In this document: in pieces, positions 61,700 through 64,000 of the stretch
How positions within the stretch are numbered: position 1 is the stretch's first letter
Layout of the letters: the number at the start of each line of letters is the position of its first letter
DNA from: a virus
Direction: 5' to 3' (one strand)
Virus record (IMG/VR): IMGVR_UViG_3300032323_000670
Location: 32,001 to 96,000 of that record
DNA length: 64,000 nucleotides
Position numbers and translations under genes: made by a program
The notes under the pieces: model-generated
Database searches by the model: none
What the model saw: the letters and a program-made list of their open reading frames with translations, nothing else
Told to the model about the DNA's origin: nothing

Positions 61700-64000
61700 T
61701 TAGTCTAAGTATTCTATTTGACCACCAGCTGCTAAAATAGCATTGATAGTTTCATCATCTAAATATAATTCATCTCCTTCATTAAACCCACCACCCATCT
61801 GAGCAAGAGGACCCGCTCCTGTAAATTGAGTAGGTATCATATCATTAGGTCTCATGTAACCTTCATTAACTGTCCAGTCACCTTGACTACCTGATGTTTG
61901 TGGTACTTTAAATCCGATTTGATCAAAAGCAAGTCTACCTCTTAACTCTCTCTCTTTTTGATTAGCATCTCTGTTTTGAGCAGTACCTGCTAAAGCATCT
62001 AGACCAGCCATCATAGCAGGAGCTAAGAAAGGATTATCCCTACCAAACTTATATTCTGCCTCTTTAATGTCTTTAAAGAAACGATTATCTTTTTTACCTG
62101 CTTTAGGTATAGCACCTGGTGCATTATATGCATCATCAAATACTTTCATCATTGTAGCATCTGACGTAGGCTTATCTAAAGATGATTCAATTGGTAATCC
62201 TGTATCTGGATCTATAGGTCCTTGATCTGCTAATAACTGGTCACTCTCATCTAAGAAGTTACCTAGGTTTGTAGCAGGTGAAGTACCTGGACCACCCCCA
62301 GCATATTGTTTCATAAATTTGCGAAGCTCCCCACCTTTCTTATAACCTAACTTAGAAAGCTCTTGATCTACAGCATCTTGTTGACCGCTATTTAATAGAT
62401 AAGCTAACCTCTGTTGCACATTAGGAAACCCAGCACCAAACTTAGTATAACCTGACGTAGGTAAATTAGCTAGTCTTTCATCTAAAGATGCATTTTGATT
62501 TTGCGACTGTTGCTGTGGGTTCTGTATATTCTGTACATCTTGATTTATATCACCTACTCTACGCTGAGTTCTTGCATTAATTTTATCAATCTTTGCTTGT
62601 TGCTCTGGGGTAATAGGAGGACCTTGTGGTGTAATTGTAGGTACTACACTAGGTTTTGCACCTTGTGGTCCTACAGTTATACTACCTGGAGCTAAATCAT
62701 CCATTGATGTAGTAGCTCCAGGTTTAATAGTAATAGGCGTAGTACCTGGAGCATAGCTTGGTGTAGGCATTTGTTTTCCGGTTGACCATGTTGTATCGTA
62801 TACAGGATTAGGTTTAAGACCAGTAACTTCTTTAGCTCCTGTTGTATCATTTACATTAGGGCTCTGCATAATAGGAGGTTGCTCAATAATGTTACCTTGT
62901 GGATCTATTGGTACTTGAGTACCATCATCAAGCGTACCGTATCTTACAGTAAAGCTTTTTAAAGAACCTCTTTTCTTCTTGTCCTCACCTCTAAATATAT
63001 TACCCAATGGGTTTCTGAAATCAGAAGTTGTAGACATGACTCTAAGATTAGGGTCATAGAATGCCATAGGTACTTGATTACCGTTTTTATCAGTAGTATA
63101 AATAGCACCCGCCTGCATAGAATTAGGATCAGCAAGACCTCTTAAGTAGTCATAACCATCACCAACATTCTTTTTATCTTTCTCTGTTGTTGTTTCTGTT
63201 TCTTTTTCTTTTTCTGTTGTTTCTGTTTCTTTAGCTTTTGCATCAGCTTCAGCTTTCTTTTTCTCTTCTTCCTTTTTCTTTTGTTCTTCAGTAGAAGTTG
63301 TTGTAGTAGTGGTTGTAGAAGCTGGAGGAGTTGTAGTAGTACTTGATGTTGTACCTGTGCTAGTAGAGTTATCCTTTTTAGGATTGCTTTTTGGTTTAGG
63401 AGGTGCTGGAGCAGGAGTTGTCTGTGTGCCTGCTGCCTGCTGTCTGTATTCAGGTAACATAAAAGATTCACCAGTACCCGGTCTAAAACTAGGAACTTGA
63501 ATGTTAGAAGCTTGAGGCTGAGAACTAGGTATACCTTGAAATAATTCTTGTTGCCAAGTACGAGGTTCAGCTTTTGCTACTGGACCACCTGGATTAAACA
63601 TTTTAGTAGTGCTTAACTGACTAGGTTGTTCTATAGGAACAACAGGTTCTGTACCTTTTACATCTTTGTATTTAACTTTTTTAATATACTGCTCATTATA
63701 AGGGTTAGCTGCAAAAGCATTATCATCACCCCAATATCCTTTAAGTCCTGTAGCTAATGAAGCAGCCCCCATAATAGGCTCAATAGTATTAGTTCTTTTC
63801 TTGGATGCTTCTTCCCATGCTTTTGCTGCATCTAGACCAGGTTGATTATATTGAGCTCCATACTGAGCCATAGGCATACCTGAGATCTGATCAGCTTCTT
63901 CTGCATAAGCATCATTAGTCTGAACCATCTCATCTTGAACAGCACCCATAGCTTGTTCTTTAAGACTATTTAAAAAGTCTGATACTCTCTGACTATAGGA
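61700..64000 (-). CDS. Low-complexity internal virion protein, 5'-truncated by the window edge
   Basis: Frame stays open from 63949 to 64000; P/T/Q-rich; xxxGG motifs. Confidence 0.7.
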   Translation of the reverse strand, partial: SYSQRVSDFLNSLKEQAMGAVQDEMVQTNDAYAEEADQISGMPMAQYGAQYNQPGLDAAKAWEEASKKRTNTIEPIMGAASLATGLKGYWGDDNAFAANPYNEQYIKKVKYKDVKGTEPVVPIEQPSQLSTTKMFNPGGPVAKAEPRTWQQELFQGIPSSQPQASNIQVPSFRPGTGESFMLPEYRQQAAGTQTTPAPAPPKPKSNPKKDNSTSTGTTSSTTTTPPASTTTTTTTSTEEQKKKEEEKKKAEADAKAKETETTEKEKETETTTEKDKKNVGDGYDYLRGLADPNSMQAGAIYTTDKNGNQVPMAFYDPNLRVMSTTSDFRNPLGNIFRGEDKKKRGSLKSFTVRYGTLDDGTQVPIDPQGNIIEQPPIMQSPNVNDTTGAKEVTGLKPNPVYDTTWSTGKQMPTPSYAPGTTPITIKPGATTSMDDLAPGSITVGPQGAKPSVVPTITPQGPPITPEQQAKIDKINARTQRRVGDINQDVQNIQNPQQQSQNQNASLDERLANLPTSGYTKFGAGFPNVQQRLAYLLNSGQQDAVDQELSKLGYKKGGELRKFMKQYAGGGPGTSPATNLGNFLDESDQLLADQGPIDPDTGLPIESSLDKPTSDATMMKVFDDAYNAPGAIPKAGKKDNRFFKDIKEAEYKFGRDNPFLAPAMMAGLDALAGTAQNRDANQKERELRGRLAFDQIGFKVPQTSGSQGDWTVNEGYMRPNDMIPTQFTGAGPLAQMGGGFNEGDELYLDDETINAILAAGGQIEYLD
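63170..63430 (-). repeat. Low-complexity Pro/Thr-rich and Lys/Glu-rich coding tract
   Basis: TTTTPPASTTTTTTTSTEEQKKKEEEKKK...ETETTEKEKETETTTEK. Confidence 0.6.

Noticed and set aside
35386-63500. Many short + strand ORFs within the giant - strand genes (e.g. 37091, 38138, 46356, 48304, 60582)
   Set aside because: Antisense shadows with S/F/L/I-rich composition, fully nested in long genes.
1-64000. Stop-codon reassignment (TAG or TGA), known in some crAss-like phages
   Set aside because: ORFs up to 12.5 kb are intact under code 11, and TAG and TGA terminate recognisable genes at expected lengths (GroES and UDG end in TAG; many ATGA junctions).
1-64000. CRISPR array, tRNA or rRNA genes, integrase or transposase
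   Set aside because: No regularly spaced repeats or cloverleafs were seen, intergenic space is minimal, and no such catalytic motifs were recognised. A tRNAscan/Infernal run would be needed to exclude small RNAs.

Overview
This 64 kb window is part of a large lytic dsDNA phage genome of the crAss-like type (Crassvirales-related), probably infecting a Bacteroidota host. The host call rests on A-rich translation starts without Shine-Dalgarno sites and TAnnTTTG promoter elements. Standard genetic code 11 fits throughout. The left arm (1-27928, + strand) holds many small hypothetical genes, an HNH protein, an SF2 helicase, ClpS, GroES, a NinB-like protein, UDG and a DnaA domain IV-like protein. 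It continues with a DnaB-like helicase, a Sak4-like ATPase, an SSB candidate, primase, a GIY-YIG nuclease, a seven-gene metallopeptidase-vWA/MoxR AAA cluster, a PD-(D/E)XK nuclease, family B DNA polymerase, a DUF932-like protein and two MazG-like enzymes. The right arm (27925-64000, - strand) holds internal virion (cargo) proteins and three giant coupled proteins of 2603, 4163 and 1849 aa, the middle one being the virion RNA polymerase (GGDFDIDK). A lysis cassette and four tiny peptides close this arm. Main observations: (1) by my reading the three giant proteins contain only 4 Cys in about 8600 aa, all at the termini that face each other, suggesting a head-to-tail disulfide-linked ejection chain; (2) the virion RNAP carries a C-terminal SLOG/macro-like/ASCH/ART/macro-like cassette; (3) the MoxR-vWA cluster includes three paralogous partner proteins; (4) a hydrophobic-x-x-GG motif recurs in cargo proteins and in the terminal micropeptides. 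All family assignments come from motif recognition by eye, not database searches.
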